Part shown: one piece after another, positions 38,801 through 53,800 of the stretch
Numbering within the stretch: the first letter of the stretch is position 1
Layout: each line of letters begins with the position of its first letter
Origin: Perna viridis
Taxonomy: Eukaryota
Assembly: GCA_037379345.1 (NCBI GenBank)
Contig: CM074516.1
Location: forward strand, 46,165,626-46,229,625
DNA: 64,000 bases
Direction: 5' to 3'
Translations under genes and position numbers: made by a program
The notes under the pieces: model-generated
What the model saw: only the letters and a program-made list of their open reading frames with translations
Told to the model about the DNA's origin: nothing
The model's database searches: none

Positions 38801-41800
38801 TTATTCAATACATTGGGGTCATGACCCTTTAAAAGTATGGGACAACAGAGATCAAAATTAATTCACAAAATTCCTCCACATTGTCACATAATAGAAATAA
38901 AAAAAATTGAAACAAAAAATGCAAGGGTCCTGTCAATAAAGTTAAACATGTTATTTAATCACCAGTAGTATTTGTTTGAAGTAAGAGATTATCTGTTAAA
39001 AAAGATTAGAAGACAAAAAAATTTTGATCATGAACAAATACTCCAGCTATATACCAAATATTTACAGAGAGATATTACTAACAGCAATCACAGAAATCTA
39101 AAATCTCTTTACTTTTGTTTAATTTTTACACTAATCTGTTAAAAACTTGACATACCATGATCTAAGTGACTTTCAAAAGCTAAACACGACAGTAGAAAGA
39201 CAAAAAAAATGAATGATCGCCAAACACTCTTACGTCACAACGGTAGCTAGCATTTCACTTTTTCTATTCTCATACTAACAGCCGAAAGTTTCTTTTTATG
39301 TTCCATGAGCCGTTAAAATGGTATCGATTAATAACAATTATATTGGGCAATGAAGACAATAGAACTGAAAGGACAAACTTAACAGTGAGGTTACGAAGGA
39401 TATGCTATATTCTGTTAAAACAATATGGTGGAATATAAATCTTAACTTAATGACTAAGTACAAATTAGGTTTGTTGATAAAACACAATGTAATTAAACTA
39501 TAAATTATCAAATAGGGACCATTTAATTTTGACAATGTAACACACTTGAATGCCCTGAGTAATAATAATCTTAGAGTCGTTGTTGCCAACTTATTTACTA
39601 TGTTACTATAATGGTTATTTCAGTGGTTTTTAGGATCTTCACTGGAAATACAGTCACATTTAAATGTTTCAAGATTTGCACCCTAAAGCAACCAATTACT
39701 ATAATCCAATGCATTCTGATATTAATCACTCCAAAAGAAATTTTTTTTTTTTTAAATCTTCTAAGATTCAGCAAGCTGGTAAAGTTAAAGAAACTTGTTA
39801 ACATCCATCAGTGAATGAATGGTATAAAACATTTGTTCTTGTTGACAAAGTTGAAGACTCCTTTACATAGAGTTGTGGAAGGCTGACCATTTCTGTGACA
39901 TTAAAACATTATGTTGTGACAGTGTGACATGATATGGGATGATATATATCCAGTATCTTTACTATAGTAATGCTACTTGGGAACTTTAGTCCAGAGGTTT
40001 TTTCCTAAAGCACGCATCAAAATAAGCTTATTTCAAAGCATCATAACATCAATGAAAACTGTATACATTACCTAGTGTGTTCTTTTTGTTGGATTTCCGA
40101 TGTTTCAGTATAAATTCAACATTCGTTGGCGAGGATGAGTTATGGTCAAGAATTTCTTCATTGCTTGGCAAGGAACCATCACTTGTCTTAGACTGATAAT
40201 TGTCTCTCAACTGACTCATTTTAATACTGTATGGTAACTCATGACCTGCAATACAAACAAGTGGTAATAAGTACTAGTCTGTCAATAACTGGTAGTCCTT
40301 ATGCTGTAGAAGCAAAAAAAAAATCAGCTACATACATCTCAATAATAAACCAATGCATTCTATTACTTTGTAGTTGGTGACAAAAACTGTATTATTGGGA
40401 TGCTGATTATAAATATATTATAAATATATTGTAAAAATGTTTTTACACCAAGTTTTAGCCCTTCACAGTTGGTGTACGTTTCCTACCTTCATTCATAAAC
40501 AGGAGCATTGTGTCATTAGAATCAATTTCCAAAGAATTTTCACAACTTAGTATCAGCATTTCACGTAATCCAAAATCATTATGATTTAGTTTATATCACT
40601 TTCAAAATGTGTATCAAATCCAAAAAGAAGCAAAATGTGTAGCAACTAAAAATACTATTTCCACTACCAAATAGTTTACTTGTTAATACAATAACTGATC
40701 CAAAGTTACCTATTATCTGAAATGTAGAAGTGGGTGGAGCTAAAGATTCAAACAGCCAATCAAAAACCATGTTAACCTGTCAATCAATGACCCCCACAGA
40801 ACTCAGGTAACAAACAAGTGATTAAGTATTACACAATATATCAACCCCATTATATTTTTGTCAAAATATTTTTCGTTTTAGGACATAACAAGAGATCACA
40901 GGTTACTCCTTTGTATTGTCATTGAAATCCCCACACAAGAATTTACTACAGTTATTTTAATTGATATTATGTTACATGACAATTGTAGGAATTTGTCATT
41001 ATTTATTTCCAAAAGATGTAATGTACTCCTCCAAGGTCACCCTATCCTTTTTTTGAAAGTCTTCTGGTAAATTCCACACCACGAATTAAAATGTACAATC
41101 AAAATATGAATTTTCAAGAACTTATGAGTTTTTGCTTAAGTTCACCTTCATAATGTCACATCATAGTTCCCCAAGTCCATATGTTTTTTTTCAATTAGTT
41201 TAATTTGCATAAAATTAATTAAGAGAGTACTTTTACTGGAGACCTTTTCTAGAGAATTCTTTTCATCTTTAATAAATGCTCAATGAAATGTCCATATTTG
41301 TTATGCACAAAACATCTGTTGAAATGAACAGAGATACATTCAACAATAAGTATGTAGCAGCACTTAAAAAATAATTTGTTACTTTCAAACAGAAAAGTTT
41401 CCTCAAAATATTTGAATCATAAAAGGAATATTTCCTGCTTCTTGGATTACATATTTTTGTATACTGCAATTTATTTTTATATTGTCCCTTTGTTTAAAAT
41501 AAGATCTAACCATATAAGGGTACCCCACCGCCCATTAAAAATATACATGTTATTATAATGAAGCAGACAAACACAACATAATCAGGACCCTATTTATTTC
41601 TATATGTTTACTATAAAATAATAAACAACAATGTTTAGTAGTAAACAAACAATAATAAACAGGTATGTGTGGCATTTTTACTCGCCGTGATATCACGAGA
41701 GTAGATAAATCATAAAACCGCCCTTCTCCTGTCGTTGTTAATATCTATAGAGTGGCGAATACCTCATTTATTATGCTGGATTCATATTACTATTGAGATC

Positions 41801-44800
41801 TTAACAGGTGAATTTTGAGCCCTGGAGAATTTTTTTTTCAAGAAAGGCACTAAATATCTTCTTGTGATTCTGTTTCATAGGTTTCTTCAGGATTCTCAAT
41901 TCAGTTTTATGAACACAGACCAAAGATTGTGTGTTGGTGGCTAAAATGAATCAAAATGTTTTCCCTCTGTGAAACAAGCTGAAAATGAAGAATTTCCACA
42001 GTTGTATTTAAGTATGAAAGGTTAATAAACTGAGATGTAGGATTTTTTACAAACATTGATTTGGCCAGAATGATTTTGCTTTCAGTTTAGTCAGAGTGCA
42101 ATAAAACACCTTTAGCAATAGAGTCCATAAACTTCTACAGTGGTCTTCTCATGTGGTTGTACCAAGCATGTTAAGGGTTTTGAACTTAAGGGTAGGTTTG
42201 GGCAACGATACATTCCATCCCAGCATTCCTCTCATCCACCCTGTCTACCACTGATACTTATTAAACCCAACAGTAACCATTATCTTGACCAAATTCTTAT
42301 ATAGATCTTCTATGTACCTAATTTTAAGATTAGTGCCAAAATCTTCTGGAATGGAATCTGTAACACTGCCAATAATTTGGTATTCTGTACAATACAGACC
42401 CCCCTAATTAACGTTACTATTGACTTAAAGGCCTTAGACAAGATACAATCACAATATAACTATATTCTTTAGGACAGAAATAAGACACAGTGCCTATCCC
42501 TAGGTCAGAATATACATATATGGGTCATTAGGTTATAAAATTATATGCATATTGTGGTTTAAATTTTGACCTGCTTATAAAGTGTCAACTTTAAGAAAAA
42601 AACATTGCAAAAAAAAAACTGCTACTTTCAACACAGTTTTAATTTGGAGACAACTTCCTAATTTTCAGTCTCCTTAACCGTGATTACATGTTAACACATG
42701 AATGATAACTTGTGACATTGGTCAAGTTTGTCTTATGGTTATTACCATAAAAATAGACCTTTATCTTCTATCGTCATTTGTTGACAAAATGATATGAAGA
42801 GTACAAATATAATCAGTAAAAATTTGTTTCCGTGAAAATATCCCCTAGAGAATGTGTCAAGTACAAAACTGATAGAAATTGTACTGCAATAAGAAGACAG
42901 TCAAACACTTCAGTGGGAGTTAAATCAACAGTAATCTATAGTATCAATTCTATTGTCAATAGTACATTTAGTCTGAATCATTTTCAATGAGAACTTGATT
43001 GTCACATTTTTAAAGATGACCAATTGAAGTGGCTGACCAGGGTGTTTGTATAAAACAACATTTTTTCAAGTGAACTAGTAATAAACTTCAAGATGTTATT
43101 GTTAGAACATAAGGTGAAGGTGGTGACAGACCAACAAACCTGTCATTAATGGGGGGAGGAGTGTAGTCAGATGGAAACTGACCTTCTGCAAACTTATTCA
43201 TACATGAATGTTAAATGTATTCCAAACAAAATCCCCTTTTATGCACTTTATAACAAGTATTACAAAACAATTTAAAATATATAATCTAACACTGACTAAT
43301 TTTTCCCTTATACTTCCAAATAATTTGAAATTACTGCAAATAGAAGGAATATATATGCCCATACAGATATGATGATATTTTACTTACCAATTAAAGGATA
43401 GGGACTGTCTTCCTTGTTACAGCGTACCCATAATTGATAATCCTTGATATCAGAATCCTGTCGAAAGAAACAACATTTCAAAGTTTCACGAGAATCCTCT
43501 ACATCGTTAACAATATATTTACCCCTTCTACAGAAACAACAAGCTGGAAACTCTGGGTTAGTCTGATCCTTAACTGAATTCACCACATATTTACCCTTTC
43601 TACGCATCACCGAGTCATGAAAGGAGAAATTTGAGGAATCTTTATAAACATATAGTGCTTTAATATAGATGGTAATCATAAAACCTGATGAAATGTGTGA
43701 CAGATCCAGCATGAATAGAATGGAAAGTTAATTGATGTACTTTTAATTCACAATAAAAGCACAGATTTCTATGTTTGTACATTTTATGTATTAAATCCTT
43801 GTACACCAGAACATGAAGAGGTAACACACTTTTAATTCCTAGAATAACAATCCTGAAGAAACTTATATGAGTTCATATCTAAAAGTTAGATATTCTTTGA
43901 ATAATACCAAAAAAAAAATTCATAAACCACCAAAAATTTCCACAAAAATGTAAATTTATCTAAAATAACATTAAACAGTGTCTCAGTATCATATCCTCTG
44001 CATATTTAAATCTGACTCACTAAGGTAATGCAGAAATAGCCTTAAAACAATTCATAGTTCACAGGAAAAAAATATCTCCATACTTGGCACACAGTACAAA
44101 ACTTGATTTCTCATTTTTAGATAACAAAATTTTTAATTAGAATGTACACTAAACTACACAACAATCTCACTGATCAAAGATAAAGGTTCATCTCTGACTA
44201 GATAATTTATATATCTCTGATGTAATTCTCGGCAATTAGTCAAATCTTGTCCTCAATATAATGTGGTAAGATCTTGTACGTGATCGGCCAAGATTAAAAA
44301 TATGCAGAAATGGCAAAAAATTACCATTTCATTTATCTTACTATTATAACTTCACTAAGGACATTTACATAAAGATTTGATCTGTGTCCTTACAATCTCC
44401 TTCTATCATACACTAAATGTAACAAACCCCAAATCTAAAGTGACATTTATAAGTCAGAATCCAACATAATAAAATATTGGAAAATATTCAGGACAAAATT
44501 TGTCTCTGTCAATTTGGATATGATGTACACATAAACATGCTTTCTATACACCACACAAACATTCTGACATGTTTTAGTACAGAGACATCACAGGAATGTT
44601 GACATTCACAAACTTACCATGTTTGTTTTCCTTAAAAAATTACTATTCCCCAAGACTATGTCTGTAATTCATTGTGACACTTGTGGGTACAAGTAGTAAA
44701 ATTGTAAACTTAATATGACCTTTTAAGGGTCATAAGTCATGGAGGATCCTACACAGACTATTGCAGTGTCAAACTTATTTAGGGATGCACCCATCCTAAC

Positions 44801-47800
44801 TTAGAGAGGCTTCGATGAGTGTTCCTGACTCATTCACTCTTTGGAAGTGAAATATGTCCATATTTTGTAATTATTCAAGCAACCTTCACATGTCAATCCA
44901 CAAAATAAACAAAAAAACATGATCATTCTCATAAATTGTGCTAATTACAGAAAAAAACTGTGACCTTTATTAACAACCTTTACTGGACATACTAATAAAA
45001 GCTAAAGTGACCATAAACACTGGTATATTATTACTGGAATCTTGCCAAATGCTAAACCTGTTGGATGAGATGATGGTATCAGAGGAGATACAAGAAAATT
45101 TACTGATAACTCAAATGTTTACATTTAAATTAGGTATAAATAGTCTGAAAAAAATTATGGCCCAAAATCGGGTCATATTTCATTTTATAAGAATTTGAAC
45201 ATACTTTTGACACAAATCCAGGGATATATCTTGTGTCAAAAAATACTAAATATAGCTTACAAATATAGTAACAAAGAAGAATGAAAAATTACTTACTAGT
45301 GTGGCTTATTATATAAAAAAATTTGGACCATTTAAAAATAAAACCCTTTATAAACATTGGTAATAAGACAGTATAACAAATCAATTGTGAATAAAAAAAG
45401 ACAACGAAAATTTTTTAATAGTTGATATATACAGAATCAAATATCATTATCAGAAATAGACTTAACCTATTTCTGATGCCACCTGAAATTAAATTAGGTC
45501 AACTTTTAAATATAAGTAGGAAATAGCCATAAGATATATAAAAAACAAGAACAAAAAAAACAAAAAAAAAAACATATCATAGAAAAACAGCTATAAAAGT
45601 AGGGCTCAAAACAGTGTTCAAACTTACAGATAGATGTGACTGGTCCATACATTTCCTCAGGACAGTTTGGGCCTCCATACTAGACTCAACATCAAGGGTG
45701 CATGGCTGTAAGATGACAATATATAATCAATATTATCTTTTAGCAAAAACAAAAAACAAAAAAAAAACAACAATTTAATTTCCTATTTTTAGAACATTTA
45801 ACATTATCGTATATTGTATATTTTATTATAGTGTCATATACCAATAATTACAGATCAATTAAGTATTTCTCCATCTAAGAAATGGGCAAAATGTGTACAA
45901 GGTGTGGCACATGAAGGGAAAAAAACCCACAGATTTTATTGCATTACCCAAGTATTTATACCAGATAACCACCAGAAATAAACATCAAAGTGTTTGTAAA
46001 ATTTGCCTTTTTAAGATATTGGTAGGTCAAATTTTGTTGAAATGCACTATGGAAAAATGACAGGAAAATTTTTCTGCACTTTTTCCTTATACAAGCAGTA
46101 AAAAGATATGTCAACAATGTAAATAGCTTTTAAATTCTTTTCTAGATGTATTGAATGTATTTGAGACAAAAAAAGACATAGTTATGAATTATGATGTGCC
46201 ACCTATTGCTTGATTCTTACACAGAATGGTACTTAAATTTGTATCTGCCCATCACTGAATTATGAGAAAGTTACAAATAAAGATATATAATGCTACATTT
46301 AAACAAAATAGAACAATAAAAACGGCAAAGTAGTGTAATAATAAGGTCATATTGGTCAACACATTTAAGATGTTGACCAATGACCACTTACAGCATCATT
46401 TCTATGAATAGTACTAAATATCCTATTTAAAAATCCAAGTCCAGAAACTGAATGCATTATTTCTTAACCATCCTAAATTATCAAATCATAAAATATATGT
46501 AAATTCAAAGTCTTTTTCATACAGACCCAACACCTTCACTAATTAATATCCATAATTAGTATTTAATTAAGTAAGCACCTGTCACTCTGTCCAGGTAAAA
46601 ATCCTTTGAAGTCTACCTGTAATTAACTCACCTCTGATATCTCTCGACTGACAACTTTTAACTTGATAACCTGTGGTTGTTCTTTAACTCTTTCATTTTC
46701 TATTTGTCTAAATTAGAAAAAAACACAAAAACAAATACATCTTTGGAATAACTTAAAAAATTATAGTGTGGAATATTAAATAGATACTATAATGACATTC
46801 TTACATCAGAGCTATTGAATTTAATAATTCATCTAAATTTTACAACTTTTTGTATCATAAAAATGCCATCATTTATTTTACCTTAAAAAAAAACAAATAA
46901 AAAACAAGAAAAACTTTTATCATTGTGTCGTTGATACATCATGTTATAAAAAGTTTAAAAAAAACCCTTAAATATGAGGTACAAAGGTGAAATAAACTAT
47001 TGTATGTCTCTATCACACCAATAAGCTCATATCTTTACAAATAAGTCACATTATGTTATAAGTATAAAAAAAAAGATAATTTATAGTCTGATATAACCCT
47101 TATAACCTATGGAAACATTTGTAATATAGAACACTCCTGTTGTAGAAATGAAAATTCCCAAACATTGCAAAGACTTACATTGAATTTTCAGAACTCAAGA
47201 GTCCAAAACTAAACCTTATATCGTCAGTGAAATTACATTTTACGTTGCCACAACCCAATCCCTTAGTCTGAGAGTAATAATAACACATGTAATGGGTTTT
47301 AAACATGGAGTGGTGTCACAAGAGGAATTACATGGTCAATATTTCTGTACTGTCTATTGTACATACCATTTCAATAATATTTTGTTTCCTGTGTTTTTAT
47401 TCCTCATTAATGCATTATTAACCTTATCTATTCCTCTATACCACAGGACATTTGTCAGGAGAATAGTTTAAAAACAAGGTAAGTATCACGTAGAATATCT
47501 CTCCCCCAACCAACACCACAAGTACAATCATACTATTTGTTAAGATATTCACCTTTCTGTTAATTTCACTGGTATTTTTTCACCTCATGTGTCTTATTAG
47601 GTTAAAAACATAACAGGTTGTTCCTGGGCAGATGTATGTTGAATTATTTCAAAGCCTTTCAACCTCTGCCAAACATAGTACTAAACCCACCTTATCATTG
47701 AAACTTAGTAACCTTGGAAGATCAATGCAGCTTCTTGATGAATAGCAAAGCTAATACAATAATCATATACGTCCTTCACCTCTATATTAAAGTATATTAC

Positions 47801-50800
47801 CATGTTCACCTCTAAGAGAGGTCAATGCCAATGGTGTTTATAAAGAATCCTTTTCATGTTTTTATTTCGCATTACAATGTTTGAACCAACTTAGTGTTTT
47901 TAAATTAAAATAATTTGGAGGCATTGATCTTGCTGACTAGAATCATATCTGAGGACACCACTATGGTTACCCCACAACTATAGTCATAATTGTTTACAGA
48001 TTTTGTTCCCTGTTGGTAACAGGTAAGTATACAACCATAGTCACAATAAAATATTAGTATTACTGGAGTGGTGCATTGTTTGGAACAGGATATGTTTTAT
48101 TTAAGTTTAATGTACAAGAGTAATCACGGGAACCAAGGTTATAAGAGTAGCCTTGAGATAGAAGCCTGATTTCCCACAAAAGATCACAACAATTTTTGTA
48201 ATAGAACATAAATGATCAACAGAATCTACAAATTAAACTAGAGATGTTTCTTTATAAGACATTCACAATGCAGTAAAGGTTTACATGACTTCCCCTGACA
48301 ATCTACTAGTTAAACTAGAGACGTTTCTATATAAGACATTCACAATGCAGTAAAGGTTTAAGTGACTTCCCCTGACTATCTACTGCGTTTTATTGTATTA
48401 TAACTTATTGTTTCATTCATCACATTCCCGTCTAAGTACCAGTATGTATGTAATTATTAGTGTAGTATTTTAGAGAGATCCTACTAAGGACCAAAAACTA
48501 ATGGTGCTTTGCTTAGCACAATTGACTTGACACTTTCTTTGAAATAGGTTTTAACATTTCTATACATCTCATATTTCTAACAATTTCCTTAAACTGGACC
48601 AAAACACTAACAAATTCAGTAGTACTAAAAATGTCATTTCCGATGATAAAGCTCTTTTCCAGTTTTGTTCCTCAATGTAGTACAAATATCTTATTTACTT
48701 CTTTTGAACATGGGCCTTCCTTATTCGAACCCAACTAAAATTATGTAGAAATATTTAAAGCCCAAGTTTTTGTTCCCCACCTGATTCCACGATGTCATTG
48801 TTCACAGAGGATTTTACACCCAGCTATAACTATTGATAAATGACAACATGCTGATTGGAAAGTATTTTTTTTGTGTTTTCAAGGTCAAAAGTGGCAATGT
48901 CAAAGTGACATATTGAGGTAAATGAAACAGTAAATCATGGTGGCTGCTTCAATCCCTTTATTTCTCATAACAACAATCTGAGATTGGAGTTAGGTATACA
49001 TCATTATAGTGTATCTAGGTAGCATTTGAAGGTTTAATAATCTACCAAAAATAGAAGATGCAAAAAAAAAAATGGTTACACATTCAATGTCAGGGTCAAG
49101 ACATTTGTAGTTAAAAGTTTTGTTAGATTTCTATTATGAAAAGTATTTATCTTCAGTGTGAAGTCACCATTAAACACACTACCTAGCACCAAGAATAAAA
49201 TCACTCATTTTTATCATGACTAAAATTGCTTTTCATCAACTTTTCCTGTATTTTTACAGGACAAGAGACCCTTGCCGAAAATGGTAGGTCCTGATGTTTA
49301 TTTCCATCCAGATTATATAAGCAGACATTATAATGACATTTAAAGCCAGGAGTTACACCATAGAGGTGCAGTGATTCACCGTAGCATGATTTGACTTCTG
49401 ACTTCCTTGTTTATTGTTTGCTCCTATTAAAGTCAGAATTTACAAGTTTTTATTTGGCATTGTAATTAGGAAATTATTACTTTCAACATTAATATTAAAG
49501 GTTAAGTGGTTCCTGATGGAGTCACAACAAAAAATGTACTATAATAAAATCAGAAAGGAAACAATATTTGAACCAATACATTTTCTAACACTATGTCAAA
49601 AATAAGGAAATGTACTCTCAAAGACAGTCGTAGATTTCTACAGAGAAAAAAACTAGAAATAAAATACAAATAGAATGCCTATAGACTTTTCTACCTATTG
49701 ACAACATTATATTTCATTATATTTTTACCTCTTTGATTTCTTAACAGTTAGTACTAAGGACCACCATAATGTTTGTCAATGTGAGAAAAAAAATGCATAC
49801 AGAAATATTGATAGTACCCATCTGTTCGAGACTTGAAAAGCTAGTCAATGATGCTAAAACCCCTTTGTTTTTTATTGACAGTATATGGGTACTTACTCCT
49901 GCAGTTTTGACAGCCACTGTTGTTTCAGATCCAATGTTTTAAATGTTGCTACATAGTTACACAGAGGCCATCCCATAACAAACGATAGCTCTGTAGATCT
50001 GGTTAGTTCTGTAACGTCAGTAATACAGTCGGAAATCCAGATCTCACAAACTCTTACTCGATGCTTCAGTTTAAATGATGTAGATGTTCTGAAAAATGGT
50101 AACATATTCATTGAATGTTACTTAAACTGGTTAAAACGAATAGTAAAAAAATGTGAAGTAAAAACGACAAATAAAAGAGAAATATTTTTAATAACTTTGT
50201 GGGGAGGGGGGATACAATGCAAGAAAACAGTCACAGCAGAAGAAATTTGGGATCAGCAGAACCTTTCAAATACTACTTAGTTTCATTAAAGAAGTTCTAT
50301 GTTGTAAAATATGCTTAAAAGATTTTTGCCACGTTTTTTTTCATATTTGAATAGTTAACATAAGAAACACTATACCAGGTCCCTGAACAGAATTTGTTTG
50401 GTCTATATACACTCAGAGAGAAACAAAAACAAACAGAAGCCATATGCTTGGCTGAAGGCCATGGTAATGTACTATAAACATTCCAAATAACAGTAGCTCT
50501 GTTCTAGTATCTATAATAATATTGACTTTAGATAGGACCATACAGACTTTCACCCATGCAGTAATGTATGGGATATCGTATCATTGACCTAATTATAATT
50601 ATTATCATTCACGATATAAATATATGGCTTGTATATCAGAACATGAACTTGAAATCAATGTCATGTTTAACATTGTAAGTTAGGATTATTAGCCTACAAG
50701 GATAAATCTTCTTCTAAATGCTGGGCTATGAAAAAGGTCAAGAACACATCTGATACCATAAAGAGCAAACAGCATGTGAAGTTAAAATATATATCTTTCT

Positions 50801-53800
50801 GGCCTAACAGATAAGTTTTGTAGAAGGATGGTTTTAACTTCTACTGTTCCTGTCTGGATATCAATAATAAATGCCTAGTTAATTGATGACAGGCTTTATG
50901 ACTGTCTTTTTTAAAGACTTTTCCATGTTTTACAACTGAAAATTTGCATAATATTACAAATTAAAATTTTTGGTTTACCCACAAAAATACAAAAAACATA
51001 TATTCAAGGTAAAGTTCAAATTAAAAAAATTTAAGAAATACTTACTTCTGTTTAGCGACAAGCAAGAGGTCATTAAAAAGGAACATATATCTGTCTTGTA
51101 TCTGTAAACCCTGCAAAAAAAGGAATCCTCCATTAAAATTCTTTCTAAATATAAACCCTGCAAAAAAAAGGAACTCGCTATTAAAATTCTTTCTAAATAT
51201 AAACCCTGCAAAAAAAAAGGAACCCGCTATTAAAATTCTTTCTAAATAACATTCTATTAATCTTATCGTCTGACTCCATTAACACATGTATGTAAAACAT
51301 GTCTCACCAAAGACCTCCATTTTTCACAACTTAAGTGGGAAGTCTGGGTCACATTTTTCACAGATATTCATGTTTAAATTCTCCATTTAAAAAAAAGCCA
51401 TAACTGTCGGTAGAGGCTACAGTACTTATTTCTCTCGCTAAGGGTTGGAATGATTGTACTTATTTCTCCAGCTAAGGGTTGGAATGATTGTATTTTTGAT
51501 GATGTACAACCTAACAGTACTATCAGTTTAAGAAATGGAGTCGTTGTACCTACCAGTATTAGAAACCACTGGGATAGTTACACCATATTATAGAAAATAG
51601 CACAGTAAGACCACTTTATCTTTAACAGTGACAAACGATAACAATATAAACTGTTAAAAATCTTCTGTCTTTTCATGTACCTACATTCCTACTGTGCAAT
51701 AAGGAGGGCATCACAAGTTTAATCTTCTTCATGATTTATATACAAATCCCAAGATCAATATTCATATGACCTTGAAATATGAATTTCACCCAAATACCCT
51801 TTAATCATCTTTTATTGTGGTTAACTTTATAAGCATCATAATGATGGAATGATTGCCTGAAAGGAATTAAGTTGATATATATTTTCCAGAACACGTCCCA
51901 TTCATGGTTTAGTTCCTGTAATCTATGACTTTGGAAAAGAATACAAAATACTGAAATCAATCATCTCTATATTAAAGGCATAATCAATGGAACATTTGTG
52001 TCCCATGTCAACTATACGAGCAGTGATACTGAAATCAACCCTCATAGGTTTGACAGGGCCTAGTATTGAATTGACCCAAGGAACAAAAGAGTGAGGTATC
52101 ACTGGACTAGGATAAATAACAGCTAATCAGGTCAAATGGTTAACATATTAAGTTAAGGCACTCATCTGTAAATAAGTCAGTGATGACTTTAGCTGATACC
52201 ACCTCACAGAGATAATTAACACATCTTAACATGATTTAAATCTTGCCACAGAGAAATTGTACACATATTTTAAGCGTAAATGCGGTTCCTTATTTTAATT
52301 TCAACCGAGATAATTTTTCATCAGAAGGTGTGTTTAATACTTGTCCAATTGTTTTACAATTGTGTCTTTGACATTTCATTATATTGTAATGAGGTCTAGG
52401 TTTTGTTTTTGGCCAGGTGTACAACCACAAAAATGATGTTTTTTTCCATTTTATAATATAACTACCTTGTCTTAATACTCTATCAATAACACGTGAATAT
52501 ATAATGTCATGTCTTCTTGGGACTTATCAATACTCCTTCGACAGAAACAAGACCAGACCCACATGCCTTGTATATACTTTTTCAAGAGTCTATAAACATT
52601 GTTATGGTATTTATAGAAATATATGACAGAATGTATATTTAATCAACCAAACTTTTAATATAAAATACTAATGTGTGTTTTATCCCATAAGAGTATAACT
52701 TACTGTGGCAAATTCCACTTGTCCTTCCATAATAAACTGTCTGTTCTCCTGACTCTGAATTCGAGAGGTGGGACTGGCCAGATCAGACTCTTTTTTACCC
52801 ATGTTTGCACCAGCCCTGAAAAGTAAAATAATTATGTTCCTTAGATACATCTTCCAGAAAGCCTATGATGAATTGCCAAAGGCTTTTGAAGTTACAACCA
52901 ATAGACCCTAGCTTTAGTGTTAATTAAGAGGTCACTGAGCATGCCTAATATATTTTCCATGAGGATGTTTTTTCTACCGTAAAGCCCTACCTCCTCAATG
53001 AGTATGTCATACAAACTCATCAAATATCCCACAATTAATATGAAAGTTGGAGGGAATCAAGACACTTTAAAAAGTAGGGGTGCCAGGCAGGGTTTATCAG
53101 AAAAAAGGGGTGCTAGGACATTATTTACCATTTTTTGTCAATTTTACTCATGAAAAAGACAAATTTTCCAATAAAAAGGAGGCAAGAGCCATTTCCCTGC
53201 ACCCCCTGGATCCACCACTGGAAATGATCTACTGCTGAAATAATGCTTCTTTGATAAAACTATCTCAGCCATACCAGAATGCATTTCTTCTTTAGTAATA
53301 GCCTTTAGAAAATTATTTAAAATATTTATTACAATATTCAGTTACTCATGAGGGAGTTACTAAGATATCAGAACTGAGAACAGACAAAGCTATATGTTTC
53401 CGGAAAAAAAAATGTCCTCATGATTTCTTGTTGAAGAACAAAAACAATCTTCAAATCAACCTTGTAAACCATCATCCGTCACAATACTAGATAGGTCTTA
53501 AAACCACAGAAAACAATTCTAACAAATAAGACCATCCATTACCTAGAAGTACTCTAAACCATACTTATGTACTTCAAAGAAAAGGTGTTCTCCATTGTGT
53601 GAAAATTTCATTCATTAAGCTAAAAGAAGAGGAAAACAAGATATTAAGTCATTGAGAGCTGAACCTTGTGACATGCACCATAAAAATTCCATCGATCTTC
53701 ATGATTCTTCTTACAGTATAGACGTGAGAAAACAACAAAGTGGCGTAAAAAGTTTTCATTCATCAGTGTGTTTTTTTTTAGTTTAATGTGACTATTTTTA

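Noticed and set aside
37605-39310. Other minus-strand GTAAG donors (~37610, ~39233) as extra first exons
   Set aside because: Upstream frames contain stops or have the wrong phase for the acceptor at 36287.
53060-53220. Fragment ending cccctggatccaccactg, resembling a common invertebrate short repeat terminus
   Set aside because: Only one end is recognisable, so it cannot be delimited or classified.
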